Source of the DNA: an uncultured Gammaproteobacteria bacterium
Lineage (GTDB): Bacteria > Patescibacteriota > Patescibacteriia > Patescibacteriales > UBA12465
DNA: 64,000 bases
Assembly (NCBI GenBank): GCA_964483295.1
Contig: CAZAAD010000001.1
Location: forward strand, 27,875 to 91,874
Direction of reading: 5' to 3'
A model generated the notes under the pieces. It had not been told where the DNA came from and did not search any database. It worked only from the letters and a program-made list of their open reading frames with translations. This document shows, in pieces, positions 63,946 through 64,000 of this stretch. The number at the start of each line of letters is the position of its first letter. Position 1 is the first letter of the stretch. Position numbers and translations under genes: made by a program.

Positions 63946-64000
63946 ATGACCATATTATTGCAGGTAAACAATCTCAGTAAAGAATACAGCGGACAAAAAA
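63946..64000 (+). CDS. Start of a plus-strand gene, possibly an ABC transporter ATP-binding protein (N-terminal 18 codons only)
   Basis: ATG at 63946 gives MTILLQVNNLSKEYSGQK, resembling the ABC ATPase N-terminus (IxxxNLSKxYxG). Truncated by the window end. Confidence 0.3.
   Translation, partial: MTILLQVNNLSKEYSGQK

Noticed and set aside
1-64000. Search for mobile elements, a DGR (reverse transcriptase + template/variable repeats), and tRNAs
   Set aside because: There is no transposase, integrase or recombinase-like ORF, no ORF with RT motifs (YxDD), and no long inverted or direct repeats flanking a gene block. Intergenic gaps longer than 80 nt showed no tRNA-like T-loop (GTTCGAATC-type) sequences.

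Overview
The window is 64 kb of low-GC bacterial chromosome, densely packed and almost entirely coded on the minus strand. Only rnhB, an OmpR-type response regulator, a 328-aa hypothetical, greA, marR and two small or partial ORFs lie on the plus strand. Gene content and architecture suggest a Patescibacteria/CPR-like (Parcubacteria-type) organism; this is inference, not a database result. The supporting features are a short 341-aa pyruvate kinase, a short RmlA, large secreted proteins carrying lamin-tail, LamG and transglutaminase-like domains, and a minimal dcw cluster.

Features recognised directly from the sequence and its translations:
- An RNase P RNA (rnpB) that the ORF track hides; conserved boxes CR-I, CR-II/III and CR-V were read on the minus strand at about 1305-1688.
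- A partial polyprenyl-phosphate sugar phosphotransferase at the left edge.
- A 1133-aa secreted multidomain protein: permuted papain-like (YiiX-like) domain, lamin-tail domain, two LamG domains.
- Housekeeping genes: rlmH, rlmN, Fe/Mn superoxide dismutase, eno, pyk, tgt, dus, cysS, typA, rarA, greA, asnS, and a DEAD-box helicase.
- A compact cell-division/cell-wall cluster mraZ-rsmH-ftsL-ftsI-murF, followed by rmlD, rmlA, a GT2, a sigma-70 region-4 protein, a GT4, a DUF4012-like protein and two large unknown membrane-anchored proteins.
- A P-type ATPase next to an ECF sigma factor, a putative anti-sigma, a ZraP/Spy-like Met/Gly-rich periplasmic protein, and a MacAB-type tripartite ABC efflux system (MFP, ATPase, two FtsX permeases).
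- An isolated purine module: purM plus a fused PurC-PurE (PAICS-like) gene.
- MarR next to a GNAT, a methyltransferase and an alpha/beta hydrolase.

No CRISPR array, transposase, integrase, reverse transcriptase or tRNA was found. The two most unusual non-coding signals are (i) a perfect TTGACA-17-TATAAT promoter followed about 140 nt later by an intrinsic terminator, immediately upstream of a Cys-rich ORF (candidate sRNA, riboswitch or attenuator), and (ii) the mraZ promoter with 10-bp-phased GTGG repeats (MraZ boxes).
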